64,000 bases of DNA from the sequence record MN850609.1; one strand, written 5' to 3'. A model generated the notes under the pieces. The model had not been told where the DNA came from. It saw only the letters and a list, made by a program, of their open reading frames with translations, and searched no databases. This document shows, piece after piece, positions 42,663-51,942 of this stretch (positions within the stretch are counted from its first letter, which is position 1; each line of letters begins with the position of its first letter). The translations under genes and the position numbers were made by a program. This stretch comes from Escherichia phage dhaeg.

Positions 42663-42800
42663 GGGAGCAACCTGGACCTCACAATTCTGTGAGGGACTCC
42701 CGCCAACCTGTAATAAGGTCGAGCCCAAGTGCGGTAATGGGTAAATGCAGAAAGGGACGAATTAATGTGCCAAGGAACGGCCCACAACTAAGAGACAACT

Positions 42801-43328
42801 ATGAAATTTTTAACCCCCATTTATCTAACCTTAATGCACGCCTTCGCTGAACGCGCCATTGAACGTTTAGACTCAGACCAATATACCTGGTATGAACCTA
42901 CTTCAAGAATGCAAGAGTTTGGTACTCTTCGACTTGACGGTGGGCGTCAAACAGGTAAAACAAGTGCCATTGCCCAGTTCGCAGCTGATTGGGTTTCCAA
43001 GGGTAATGATGTGATTGTTATGTCAAGTTCTTCGCACCGGTCACGCGAAATTTGTAATGTAATAAAAAGGGTTTCTAAGGCCCAACCACACCTTCAAGTA
43101 GAAGGTCCTGGGTTTGTTGTATATGATACCGTACGTTCATTTTTAGACGAAGATAACTTCCATAAGTATCGTGGTCTATCAGTTACTCGATTATTGATTA
43201 TTATCGAAGAGCCAATGCGCCTTCCAGCGATGGATAAGTTCTATGAAGCTTACCAGGTAATGATGAATAAATTTATGTGCCAGGGTTCTAAACCTCTGCC
43301 GCTGTTCTTTGTGATAGGAATGCAATGA
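42801..43328 (+). CDS. Small P-loop NTPase-like protein
   Basis: 175 aa. Walker A GGRQTGKTS. Hydrophobic stretch ending in EE (LLIIIEEP) as Walker B. Confidence 0.45.
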   Translation: MKFLTPIYLTLMHAFAERAIERLDSDQYTWYEPTSRMQEFGTLRLDGGRQTGKTSAIAQFAADWVSKGNDVIVMSSSSHRSREICNVIKRVSKAQPHLQVEGPGFVVYDTVRSFLDEDNFHKYRGLSVTRLLIIIEEPMRLPAMDKFYEAYQVMMNKFMCQGSKPLPLFFVIGMQ

Positions 43329-43621
43329 TGACTGATGAAGAGCTTTTTGAGTTCTGTTATTTCTCACGTAAGGTTCGAAGAGAGGACCTTACTACAAATT
43401 TCGAATATGCTTATTTCTATCCATTAGAATATGTATTCATGTCAGGGCCCTTTAAGGGCTCTCGTTTTAGATGTCATGCCCCAAGCATCCGATTAATGAA
43501 ACAGGTTCCTTACTTCACTCTCGAGTTCATCTCTGGGCCGTGTAAGGGTATTATTACTCGCAGTCTCTTGACGTATGACCAAGAGATTCATATGATTTCT
43601 GACTGGAAAAAATATGTCTAA
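43325..43621 (+). CDS. Hypothetical protein with internal duplication
   Basis: 98 aa. Two SGP(F/C)KG-containing repeats. Confidence 0.4.
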   Translation: MMTDEELFEFCYFSRKVRREDLTTNFEYAYFYPLEYVFMSGPFKGSRFRCHAPSIRLMKQVPYFTLEFISGPCKGIITRSLLTYDQEIHMISDWKKYV

Positions 43622-43832
43622 ATTGACAATTGAAGGCTCTGATGAAGCTCTGAAGAGATTTGTTGAATGGTTTAATGGGCCGGGTGAACAAGACTTTCTG
43701 GAAGTCTGGGACGGCGGCCAATGGAATGGTAAAGAAATTGTTTACCCAACTACTTATATCTCCGTGCAAGGTTGGACTGAAGGCCTTCGTTTGGTGGAAT
43801 ATGATATCGCAACTGGCGAGGAAGTGAAATGA
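43614..43832 (+). CDS. Hypothetical protein
   Basis: 72 aa, overlap-coupled. Confidence 0.4.
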   Translation: MSKLTIEGSDEALKRFVEWFNGPGEQDFLEVWDGGQWNGKEIVYPTTYISVQGWTEGLRLVEYDIATGEEVK

Positions 43833-44107
43833 TTGAAGACATCAAAGGTTACAAGCCACATACCGACGATAAAATAGGTAAAGTGAATGCCATTAAAGAT
43901 GCTGAAGTTCGATTGGGCTTAATCTTTAAAGCATTAGAAGAAGAATATGTTGAAGCCTTTACATGCTCCGGTGTTGATAAAATGAGTGATGAAGAATTCG
44001 ACCTTACTCATGAACGCCTCGCCCAGATTCGTACGGCAATCGAACGCTTGAAAGAAGCATCCATGTGGGCCTGTCGTTCCGTTTTCCAACCGGAAGAGAA
44101 ATACTAA
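43829..44107 (+). CDS. Hypothetical protein
   Basis: 92 aa, overlap-coupled. Confidence 0.4.
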   Translation: MIEDIKGYKPHTDDKIGKVNAIKDAEVRLGLIFKALEEEYVEAFTCSGVDKMSDEEFDLTHERLAQIRTAIERLKEASMWACRSVFQPEEKY

Positions 44108-44316
44108 TGAAAATCGAAAGTTTGCAAGAATTCCAACGTATCATCAGTGAAGCCTGTACTGGCTACCACAAATACTTGCTTGACGACCAAATGGCTTGTA
44201 TTGAAGAAGGTGAATTGCAGTACGCAGCCCAGCGCCTTGAACAGGTGAAAGAGTTTTATCCGGTGCTGGTAGAAATTTGTTCTGCTGTCGGAAAACTTAC
44301 CCCATTCCAAGAATAA
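44107..44316 (+). CDS. Hypothetical protein
   Basis: About 70 aa from MKIESL (ORF track 44065). The ATGA overlap with the upstream stop favours this start. Confidence 0.4.
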   Translation: MKIESLQEFQRIISEACTGYHKYLLDDQMACIEEGELQYAAQRLEQVKEFYPVLVEICSAVGKLTPFQE

Positions 44317-44320
44317 AGCA

Positions 44321-44360
44321 GTTTACATCTCCTGTAGACGTGGTACTATAGACCTATCAA
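44321..44360 (+). promoter_or_regulatory. Early promoter cassette for regB
   Basis: GTTTAC-17-TACTAT-AGACCTATCAA. Perfect 10-bp inverted repeat TCTCCTGTAG/CTACAGGAGA. Near-duplicate of the denV cassette. Confidence 0.6.
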
Positions 44361-44377
44361 CTACAGGAGATTACAAA

Positions 44378-44836
44378 ATGTCAGAAATTAATTCAGAAGT
44401 ATTCATCCGCCGCAACAAATTACGTCGTCAGTTCGAAACCGAATTTCGTGAACTTAACGCGTCCATCAAAAAAGCCGCCATTAAGAGCGGTGTCCCAGCT
44501 TTCTTTATTAAGTACTCTAATCACTTGTTGGACCGTGCTATCCAACGTGAAATTGACGAAAAATATGTTTTCTCTTTGTTCAAGAAGCTCCATAATCATG
44601 TTAAAGAAATCCATGAATTTTTAATCCAGGAGCCTCTTCCTGACATAGAATCTGAAATTGTCCCAGGTAAAGTGTATCGTCCACTGCGTCTCGAGATTAC
44701 CGATAAAACCTTATGGTTGGGTATGACCGTAGATCGTAAACATCCTGATAAAGGATATTCATTAAAATGTCGTATGGCATTTGTTAATTCTAAACGTTTA
44801 GAAGGTAAAACCAGCACGAAAGTAATCTATCTTTAA
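44378..44836 (+). CDS. regB: RegB site-specific endoribonuclease (cleaves GGAG in early mRNA Shine-Dalgarno sites)
   Basis: 152 aa. VFIRRNKLRR.FE.EFR...HLLDRAIQREIDE.YVF..RLEITD..LWLG matches T4 RegB. Confidence 0.85.
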   Translation: MSEINSEVFIRRNKLRRQFETEFRELNASIKKAAIKSGVPAFFIKYSNHLLDRAIQREIDEKYVFSLFKKLHNHVKEIHEFLIQEPLPDIESEIVPGKVYRPLRLEITDKTLWLGMTVDRKHPDKGYSLKCRMAFVNSKRLEGKTSTKVIYL

Positions 44837-44848
44837 TAATGAGGTCTC

Positions 44849-45388
44849 ATGAAAAAAGTATTAGCCACTTTACTATTGACAGTTAGTATGTCTGCCTATA
44901 GCGTAGAGCCTACTTTCAGTAATGAACAACTCGATAATTTACATTATGCGTATGCTTTCGGTGAACAATACCAAAAGTCGGGAAAGTTCAAAGAAAACCC
45001 TAATCAAAAAGGATTAGGATATATAATGGCCGGATTATTATGGCAGGAATCATCTGCTGGAATTAATCAAGGTTTAAATAAAGATAAGCACCATGCTTAT
45101 GGCATGTTCCAAAATTACTTGCCTACGTTAAGAAGTCGTGTTCAACAGGTAGGTTGGAAGATGTCAGACAAAGAAATAATTCGCATGGTCCAAAAACGAC
45201 AGAACAGTGCCTCTTGGGCCTACATTGAGCTGTCTTATTGGATTGATGTTCACAAAGGTGACCTGAGAAAAGCGATTGCTTCTTATAATGCGGGCTGGAA
45301 TGTCAAAGCAGGCAGTAAATATGCTTCCGAAGTTCTAGAAAAGGCCAATTACCTAAAATCTAAAAAGATGTTTGAGGCGGTATATTAA
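44849..45388 (+). CDS. Secreted protein, possible lytic transglycosylase-like
   Basis: 179 aa. N-terminal signal peptide MKKVLATLLLTVSMSAYS. Position equivalent to the T4 vs-region ORFs. Confidence 0.4.
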   Translation: MKKVLATLLLTVSMSAYSVEPTFSNEQLDNLHYAYAFGEQYQKSGKFKENPNQKGLGYIMAGLLWQESSAGINQGLNKDKHHAYGMFQNYLPTLRSRVQQVGWKMSDKEIIRMVQKRQNSASWAYIELSYWIDVHKGDLRKAIASYNAGWNVKAGSKYASEVLEKANYLKSKKMFEAVY

Positions 45389-45745
45389 ATGATTAAACAG
45401 ATGACTATAGCGCTTATGTTGATTGCTCCGGGAGTATTAGCATCACAGGTTGATGATACAAATAATTCAATTGTCGAGTATGCCACCCGTACAGCAAAAG
45501 ATTATTGTCATCCGAGTAATACTGAATGTGTTATTGAATTCAGTTCAAAAATAACAGCTGCTTTTAAAGATGGACAGAACGACGTCGAGCATCGCCGAAT
45601 GAAAGAGAAAACTCTTTCTAAAAGATACGAGCAACGTCTAAACGTTACTGAATGTGTTCCGTCTGATAAAAAGTACAAAGAAATGTGCGCGTCTATGGTA
45701 GACAGACTCGTTGACTCTTACAACCGAGGGCTAAACTCTAAATGA
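45389..45745 (+). CDS. Secreted hypothetical protein
   Basis: 118 aa with a signal peptide. Position and size similar to T4 vs (115 aa), but no sequence match asserted. Confidence 0.4.
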   Translation: MIKQMTIALMLIAPGVLASQVDDTNNSIVEYATRTAKDYCHPSNTECVIEFSSKITAAFKDGQNDVEHRRMKEKTLSKRYEQRLNVTECVPSDKKYKEMCASMVDRLVDSYNRGLNSK

Positions 45746-46221
45746 TTATTGATTATATTAAGGGCGATATCGTCGCCCTGTTTCTTCAAGGTAATATTAT
45801 TGCACACGGGTGCAACTGTTTTCATACTATGGGTTCAGGTGTGGCTGGTCAATTAGCAAAGGCCTATCCTAAAATATTAGAAATTGATAAGACCACTACT
45901 GAATATGGTTCTCGTGATAAATTGGGTGATATGTCTATTGTTTTTAAACATAAGCCTAATGGATTTGCAATGTGCTATAATTTATACACCCAATACGAAC
46001 CAGGCCCTAATCTTGATTACGGTGCTTTAGTAAACTGTATGATAGAATTAAATCTACAAGCAAATGACCTTTTGTTTAAACCAAGAATTTATATTCCTCG
46101 CATTGGTTGTGGTATTGCTGGTGGTGATTGGGACAAGGTTTCTAAATTAATCGACATGTTTACTCCTGATATTGATTTAATAGTGGTGGATTATGAAAGC
46201 ACATTACCCACATCCGTTTGA
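45742..46221 (+). CDS. Macro-domain (ADP-ribose binding/processing) protein
   Basis: 159 aa. IAHGCNCFHTMGSGVAGQL and IGCGIAGGDWDKV correspond to the two Gly-rich macro-domain motifs. Confidence 0.65.
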   Translation: MIIDYIKGDIVALFLQGNIIAHGCNCFHTMGSGVAGQLAKAYPKILEIDKTTTEYGSRDKLGDMSIVFKHKPNGFAMCYNLYTQYEPGPNLDYGALVNCMIELNLQANDLLFKPRIYIPRIGCGIAGGDWDKVSKLIDMFTPDIDLIVVDYESTLPTSV

Positions 46222-46405
46222 CCCTAAAAATAAAGCTGAAATTATTCGGCGCTGGACTGAAACTCGAGTAACCAAATGCCCTATAAAAAGTCAGCATAAC
46301 ACCGATAAATGGTATATTGGTGAATATGTTGAATATACTTTTATAGATAAAAATAAACGTAAACAGCATGTAGAAGAATATTGCTTAAAGGTACAATGGT
46401 TATGA
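46193..46405 (+). CDS. Hypothetical protein
   Basis: 70 aa. Overlaps the macro gene end. Confidence 0.35.
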   Translation: MKAHYPHPFDPKNKAEIIRRWTETRVTKCPIKSQHNTDKWYIGEYVEYTFIDKNKRKQHVEEYCLKVQWL

Positions 46406-46608
46406 GCCAAGCCCGAATTCTTAAAACAGCCAAATGTGAAAAATGCGAATGGCCGGTAATCGCAGCTTTATGCAACGATGAAATGAATTGCGAATATGAT
46501 TACTGGTGGTACTGTTCTAATAAAGGATGTTCTAATCATAAAGGTGAAGGTTTTCATTCTGGTTATTGCGAACATCCTAAATTTGTGCGATATGGTGAAC
46601 CTAAATGA
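46396..46608 (+). CDS. Cys-rich putative zinc-binding small protein
   Basis: About 70 aa. CEKCEW...CNDEMNCEY...CSNKGCSNH...YCEHP. Confidence 0.4.
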   Translation: MVMSQARILKTAKCEKCEWPVIAALCNDEMNCEYDYWWYCSNKGCSNHKGEGFHSGYCEHPKFVRYGEPK

Positions 46609-46790
46609 GTTTGAGTAAAGAACAGAAAGACAAATTGTTTGAGCTTATCCATGAGCTTTTGGATGAACATGCCGAAGCAAACGCTTTTTACGATGAATAT
46701 GGCCCGATAGATGCCGACCATCAGGAAGAATTTGCTAATCGATTTGATGAGAAAGAAAACGAATTAATTGCTTATGTGAATAGTCTTTAA
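46605..46790 (+). CDS. Small acidic hypothetical protein
   Basis: 61 aa, overlap-coupled. Confidence 0.35.
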   Translation: MSLSKEQKDKLFELIHELLDEHAEANAFYDEYGPIDADHQEEFANRFDEKENELIAYVNSL

Positions 46791-46799
46791 GAAGGTAAT

Positions 46800-47372
46800 A
46801 TGGCTCAACTTTATTTTCACTATGCGGCAATGAACTCAGGTAAGACAGCTTCATTGCTAACGGCGGCTCATAACTACAAAGAACGTGGTATGGGCGTGCT
46901 CCTTTTAAAGCCTGCGATAGACAATAGAGAATCAAGCCATACCATTTCGTCTCGTATAGGGATTAGTCAAGAGGCTAATGCAGTGACTCCGGATATGGAC
47001 CTATACGAGTTCTATCGTTGGGCTGAATCTCAAAAAGATATCCACTGTGTGTTTGTGGATGAAGCACAGTTCTTAGAACCTGCACAGATAAAACAACTGG
47101 CAAAGATAGTAGACAATTATAATGTTCCAGTTATGTGTTATGGACTAAGAACTGATTTTCAGGGTAAACTGTTTCCTGGTTCTGCCGAATTACTCGCTAC
47201 GGCAGATAAACTCGTTGAGTACAAAGGTGTGTGCCATTGTGGCCGTAAAGCTACTATGACTGCTAGGGTCCAAGATGGTATCGCAATTAAGGACGGAGCC
47301 CAAGTTTCTATAGGTGGCAACGATTCTTACGTGTCATTGTGCAGGAAGCACTGGATAGAAATAACGAGTTGA
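46800..47372 (+). CDS. tk: Thymidine kinase
   Basis: 190 aa. P-loop NSGKTASLL. C-terminal zinc-ribbon Cys pairs (CHCGRKA...CRKH). Confidence 0.9.
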   Translation: MAQLYFHYAAMNSGKTASLLTAAHNYKERGMGVLLLKPAIDNRESSHTISSRIGISQEANAVTPDMDLYEFYRWAESQKDIHCVFVDEAQFLEPAQIKQLAKIVDNYNVPVMCYGLRTDFQGKLFPGSAELLATADKLVEYKGVCHCGRKATMTARVQDGIAIKDGAQVSIGGNDSYVSLCRKHWIEITS

Positions 47373-47379
47373 GGGTACT

Positions 47380-47658
47380 ATGGACCTAAATTCAAAGATT
47401 TTAATTCTAGCGTTCGCTGTGGCCATCTCTTATATTGTTCTTTCGCCCATCATGGATGATGTGGCTTACAAAAGAGAGATAGAAGTTGTAGCAGCGACGT
47501 ATAATGCTAATAATAAAGAATGTCCTAATAAAAATGGAATGGATTTAATTAAAGCGCATTATATGCTTTCCATTACCTCGCCTATACAGAGGAATTGGGT
47601 TGAATATAATTTTAACGACGTGTTCTATTCTTATTGTCGTAAGCTTAAAAAGCTATAA
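47380..47658 (+). CDS. Small membrane-anchored protein
   Basis: 92 aa with an N-terminal TM helix. Confidence 0.4.
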   Translation: MDLNSKILILAFAVAISYIVLSPIMDDVAYKREIEVVAATYNANNKECPNKNGMDLIKAHYMLSITSPIQRNWVEYNFNDVFYSYCRKLKKL

Positions 47659-47751
47659 ATAGTAATACTAACCGTAGAGCTTTAGCTTTTGGTAATCGCT
47701 ATCGGTTAAGGCCGAAAGGCAAATTCGTATAAAATAACAAAGGACTTTTGT

Positions 47752-48045
47752 ATGGGTATTTTCCGTACAGTGGCTTGTATCCTTATGATTGGATGTTTAA
47801 GCCCGACATCTTCACTAGCAAACAAATCCGACCCTAAATTGATGGATGCCTTTGCTAGTAGTGCGATGCCAGTTTATGCGCAAATGAGTAAACCTAGTGT
47901 AAAGGCTTCCGAAGACTACTGGGCTTATGTAACTGCTTCTTGGAAAATTTCAAATTGCAATACAATAGAGTCTTGCTCGATTGAAGGTCGGGCTATCGGA
48001 GAACGATACGCTAAACTAATGAAGGTAGATGATGAAATTCAATGA
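47752..48045 (+). CDS. rI: Lysis-inhibition regulator rI-like periplasmic protein
   Basis: 97 aa, the same length as T4 RI. N-terminal signal anchor. Position next to tk as in T4. Confidence 0.55.
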   Translation: MGIFRTVACILMIGCLSPTSSLANKSDPKLMDAFASSAMPVYAQMSKPSVKASEDYWAYVTASWKISNCNTIESCSIEGRAIGERYAKLMKVDDEIQ

Positions 48046-48415
48046 TTTCGTACTTAGTCGAGGGACTGAAGTAGATTCTTATATTGGCTGGCTGTTGGTT
48101 TCTTTAGCCTATTTTAAGTCAGCCCATTTGGAAACCAAAAGCTATGCAAGACACAAAGCATATGACTTCTATTATACAGAAGTTCAAGGACCACTAGACC
48201 AGTTCAGTGAACAGTATTTAGGATTTAGTGGCAAAGAATATAAAGCATCACTACCGTCTGCTTCAGAACTGCCTAAAGACCCCATAGATTTTCTTGATGA
48301 ACTTATTAAAGCGTCTGATAAAATCTACAAAAATCTTCCTAAGGCCATCCAATCGACTTTGGACGACATCACTGGTGTCTTTTACCAGACTAAGTATTTG
48401 TTAACGTTAGAATAA
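48029..48415 (+). CDS. Hypothetical protein
   Basis: 128 aa, followed by an intrinsic terminator. Confidence 0.45.
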   Translation: MMKFNDFVLSRGTEVDSYIGWLLVSLAYFKSAHLETKSYARHKAYDFYYTEVQGPLDQFSEQYLGFSGKEYKASLPSASELPKDPIDFLDELIKASDKIYKNLPKAIQSTLDDITGVFYQTKYLLTLE

Positions 48416-48416
48416 T

Positions 48417-48446
48417 CAAAGGTCTCACTTCGGTGGGACCTTTTTT
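48417..48446 (+). terminator. Intrinsic terminator
   Basis: GGTCTCAC-ttcg-GTGGGACC + T6. Confidence 0.65.
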
Positions 48447-48455
48447 CGTTTTAGT

Positions 48456-48495
48456 GTTTACATCCTCTAGGAACGTGATACTATAGACCTATCAA
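48456..48495 (+). promoter_or_regulatory. Early promoter cassette
   Basis: GTTTAC-17-TACTAT-AGACCTATCAA, then CTAATGAGGAG. Confidence 0.55.
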
Positions 48496-48512
48496 CTAAT
48501 GAGGAGAATAAA

Positions 48513-48743
48513 ATGAAAACCATCACCAACCTGAAAGTTATCGATATCGCTAAAGCTTCTAAAGCACTTAAAGTTAAAGCTGAAGATTTTGAAAACGCTA
48601 CCTTTGCTATTATCGAACAAAACGGTAAAGTAACTGGTTTAGAAGTTTATGAAGCTACTAAGTTCCAATCACAGCCTAAAATGGTTATTGGTACTAAATC
48701 TGTAGCTATCGAAAAAGCTTTGGCATTATTCGAAAAAATTTAA
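48513..48743 (+). CDS. Hypothetical protein
   Basis: 76 aa from GAGGAGAATAAAATGAAA. Early cassette upstream. Confidence 0.45.
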   Translation: MKTITNLKVIDIAKASKALKVKAEDFENATFAIIEQNGKVTGLEVYEATKFQSQPKMVIGTKSVAIEKALALFEKI

Positions 48744-48756
48744 TGAGGAAAATATT

Positions 48757-48939
48757 ATGTTAACTACCGAACAGATTGAGAAAATTATCAAACTCGCCCA
48801 GCACATTGAAAACGCATCCAATGACCTGGCTGTTGAATATTGTGAAGGTTATTCGTATTCCGGAATAGAGCAGTGTAAACGAGATTTGGCTAACTCTAAA
48901 GCAGCCTTGGTTGAGTATCTTAATGGGTTGAAAGCATAG
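48757..48939 (+). CDS. Hypothetical protein
   Basis: 60 aa with RBS GAGGAAAATATTATG. Confidence 0.4.
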   Translation: MLTTEQIEKIIKLAQHIENASNDLAVEYCEGYSYSGIEQCKRDLANSKAALVEYLNGLKA

Positions 48940-49196
48940 TGGCCGTTGGATTTGCTAAGGACGGGGCCGAACAGCTCGAAATGGAAGCGGTCGTACAGGC
49001 CGCTATAGTACACGCCCGTAAGCAAGTAGCAGTTGAACGTGAATCGGCTAAATATTGTTTTGATTGTGATGAAGAGATTCCTGAAGCACGACGTCAAGCT
49101 ATTAAGGGTGTGATATACTGTGTAGGTTGTCAGTCAATGCATGATGAAATTTTTAAACGTGAGCCACGTAACTGTTGGCATAGGAGCATGAGATGA
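48939..49196 (+). CDS. TraR/DksA-type C4 zinc-finger protein
   Basis: 85 aa from a GTG start. CFDCDEEIPEARRQA...CVGCQ. Confidence 0.5.
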   Translation: MAVGFAKDGAEQLEMEAVVQAAIVHARKQVAVERESAKYCFDCDEEIPEARRQAIKGVIYCVGCQSMHDEIFKREPRNCWHRSMR

Positions 49197-49287
49197 TTTA
49201 CTATCTTGAACCTTGGGCTTGGCTTACAATGCTTATTGGTCCAGTTTTAATAGGTTTATTCTTTTCACGGTTAGCGAGGAAACTGTA

Positions 49288-49497
49288 ATGTTATACGACC
49301 CGAGTGGTAATTCTGAAGATGGTGTTATTGTTTTGAAACCTGAAACATTAGCAGGTTCAGGTGATGATATGACTGTTGAAGTGGTAGAGTGGAATCTTAT
49401 TAAAGGCGGAATTGTCCTGGAACAAGATGACGAGGTCATTTATCTGGATGCAAGCCAAGTCGAAGAGCTTTATAGTATTTTAAAACATAACCGGTGA
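49288..49497 (+). CDS. Hypothetical protein
   Basis: About 69 aa from an internal Met (MLYDPSGN) with RBS GAGGAAACTGTAATG (ORF track 49213). Confidence 0.4.
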   Translation: MLYDPSGNSEDGVIVLKPETLAGSGDDMTVEVVEWNLIKGGIVLEQDDEVIYLDASQVEELYSILKHNR

Positions 49498-49500
49498 TTT

Positions 49501-49683
49501 ATGAAAACCAAAGAAAAGCACTTAAAGCTTGAAGAGCTTATCGAGGCCTATGCTGGTACAGTTGCCAGATTCGAAACAGCATTTTGTCACCATTACTCGG
49601 TTGATGATTGTACTAGGCTTTCTAAAGAAGAAGATAAAGCCCTTAAAGAATTGCTAAATTTTATTAAACAAAATGTGAAATGA
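49501..49683 (+). CDS. Hypothetical protein
   Basis: 60 aa. Confidence 0.35.
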   Translation: MKTKEKHLKLEELIEAYAGTVARFETAFCHHYSVDDCTRLSKEEDKALKELLNFIKQNVK

Positions 49684-49693
49684 GGAACGGAAA

Positions 49694-50254
49694 ATGATTA
49701 TTGAAACATCTGGGCTGTTTGGTGACCTGACTGCTGAAGTAGTTGATAATGCAATTGTGCTTTCACAAGAAGACGATAAAATCGTACTGACTATCCAAGA
49801 TATCAAGCCGCTTTATGATTTAAAGGTTTTGGACAAACACGAATATCTTAATGGCAGATTTAGAGGTGTATTTGATATTAATGATGGTTTATGGGCCCAG
49901 ATTTATAACCATGACAAAGGGTTTAATTTGGAAACAGACGGAGAATGTCTGAGCATTAGCGATTCTAGTAATTTCTTTAAATGTATTTTTAAACTGTTCC
50001 AGGAAGAATGCAAGCCGGAAGTTGAATGGAAAGTCCCTGGTCAAGATGCCGTAATTCGTTCTAGTGAAACATTTGAAGGTGATGAAGAAGAAATGGATTA
50101 TGATACCGAACTAACCGTGTATCAACACCAGGGCCGTGATTTGCTATCCTTGGTCCAAAGACACGACGGTGAAAATGAAGTTGTATTTACGAAGGACGAG
50201 CTAAAAGTTTTAGTATCTTATCTGAACTCTGTTATCCCAACTATGAACTCTTAA
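49694..50254 (+). CDS. Hypothetical acidic protein
   Basis: 186 aa with RBS GAGGAACGGAAAATG. Confidence 0.45.
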   Translation: MIIETSGLFGDLTAEVVDNAIVLSQEDDKIVLTIQDIKPLYDLKVLDKHEYLNGRFRGVFDINDGLWAQIYNHDKGFNLETDGECLSISDSSNFFKCIFKLFQEECKPEVEWKVPGQDAVIRSSETFEGDEEEMDYDTELTVYQHQGRDLLSLVQRHDGENEVVFTKDELKVLVSYLNSVIPTMNS

Positions 50255-50263
50255 GGAAATATT

Positions 50264-50716
50264 ATGATTATCAATGAAAACTCTTGGCATGTTAAATTAC
50301 ATGACCGCTTTTATGCCAGTTATTCGCGTCCGCGATCATTATGCGCATACTTCTGGAAAATGGTTTGGGTGTGCTTTATGTGTTCTGTGCTTGCAGGTAG
50401 TACTATTTTCGGCTTAACTGTTGCAGGTGCCGGTATATTGGAGCAGTTCTTTGTATTGAGTACTCCTGTTGGTTTAAGTTTAGGTTTTATTTTAGGACTG
50501 ATTATAATAGCCCTTATTCTAGCGGTAGCTTTTGGTTTGGTGTATGGTCTAATGAATTTATGGGCCCGGTACGATTTACGTAAAGAAGAAAAAGAATGGG
50601 AACGCATTAAAGCTAAACGTGAAGGAAAGGAAATTAAAGAAAATGTTTTCATTCAATATATTAAAGCTCGTAAATCTAAGATGTGTCCGGTAATCCATTT
50701 TGAGGCTAAGAAATGA
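50264..50716 (+). CDS. Membrane protein
   Basis: 150 aa with three predicted TM helices. Confidence 0.45.
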   Translation: MIINENSWHVKLHDRFYASYSRPRSLCAYFWKMVWVCFMCSVLAGSTIFGLTVAGAGILEQFFVLSTPVGLSLGFILGLIIIALILAVAFGLVYGLMNLWARYDLRKEEKEWERIKAKREGKEIKENVFIQYIKARKSKMCPVIHFEAKK

Positions 50717-51723
50717 GAACAGTTATGAAAGGCTACTTCGGTAGCCACCTTTATGGAACAAGTACTCCGGAATCTGATGTCGATTTTAAAGAAATCTTTG
50801 TTCCACATCCGCGTGATATTCTGTTAGGTACGGCAATGAACCATACCAACCTGAACACGAATAACACTGCTTCCAAAAACACTAAAGATGATGTTGACCA
50901 TGAGCTTTACAGTCTGAAATATTTCTTTAAACTAGCTGCTGAAGGCGAAACCGTTGCTCTGGATATGCTCCACACTCCGCCTGAAATGGTGGTTAAATCT
51001 GATTTACCTGATGTATGGAAATTTATCCAAGATAACCGTTCGCGTTTCTATACAACCAACATGAAAGCCTATTTAGGGTACGTCCGTAAGCAAGCTTCTA
51101 AATATGGTGTTAAGGGTTCTCGACTGGCTGCTTTACGTGGTGTACTGGCAATTGTTAACCAGATTCCTGAACAGTGGGTTGATTATCAAGAAGATGGTTC
51201 TACTAAGCAACGACGTACTAAGGTAGAAGATATTAAGCACCGGCTCCCTGAAAATGAGTTCTGTGAATGGGTATTTCATAACCACGAGAAAACAGGTCCT
51301 CAAACGTTCTATACCGTCCTCGGTCGTAAATACCAAACTACTTTGTCATTAATCGAGCTCAAGCAATCTCTGAATAAACTTGATGCCGAATATGGTGAAC
51401 GTGCTCGTAAGGCCGAAGCCAATGAAGGTATTGACTGGAAAGCTCTGAGCCACGCTTATCGTGCTGGATATCAGTTGAAGGAAATCTATCAAACAGGCGA
51501 TTTGGTTTATCCACTTAAAAATGCTTCTATTATTAAAGCAATAAAAGCAGGTGATATGCCTTTTAAAGTGGTCCAAGGGCTGCTAGAAAACATTGTTGAT
51601 GAAGTTGAAGTCCTGGCTGTACAAGCTCATAAGAACGGTATACCTGAGAAGGTGGACATGAAGTTCTGGGACAAGTTCGTCGAAGAGGTGTATCTTGACA
51701 ACCACAACTCTTATTACCGCTAA
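50713..51723 (+). CDS. Polβ-superfamily nucleotidyltransferase-fold protein
   Basis: 336 aa. GSHLYGTSTPESDVDF (GS-x11-DxD) and a later acidic cluster DDVDHE. Confidence 0.55.
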   Translation: MRTVMKGYFGSHLYGTSTPESDVDFKEIFVPHPRDILLGTAMNHTNLNTNNTASKNTKDDVDHELYSLKYFFKLAAEGETVALDMLHTPPEMVVKSDLPDVWKFIQDNRSRFYTTNMKAYLGYVRKQASKYGVKGSRLAALRGVLAIVNQIPEQWVDYQEDGSTKQRRTKVEDIKHRLPENEFCEWVFHNHEKTGPQTFYTVLGRKYQTTLSLIELKQSLNKLDAEYGERARKAEANEGIDWKALSHAYRAGYQLKEIYQTGDLVYPLKNASIIKAIKAGDMPFKVVQGLLENIVDEVEVLAVQAHKNGIPEKVDMKFWDKFVEEVYLDNHNSYYR

Positions 51724-51917
51724 AGAAGAAATCAAGGTTTTCCTGTCATATGGAAGACCTCATAAAACCTGTCGTTGGTATCTTGAAGTAGTTTGTAGAG
51801 AAACCGGTAGACGAATCAATTTCAAGTACGTATGCAAGCCTACGTCTAAGCAGATAAGACGGTGTATTAACTGGGCTATCAATAATATCCGCTTCCATAA
51901 TTATTGGAGCGCAATTT

Positions 51918-51942
51918 AGGAACCTTCGGGTTCCTTTTTTTG
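51918..51942 (+). terminator. Intrinsic terminator after the nucleotidyltransferase gene
   Basis: AGGAACC-ttcg-GGTTCCT + T7. Confidence 0.65.
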
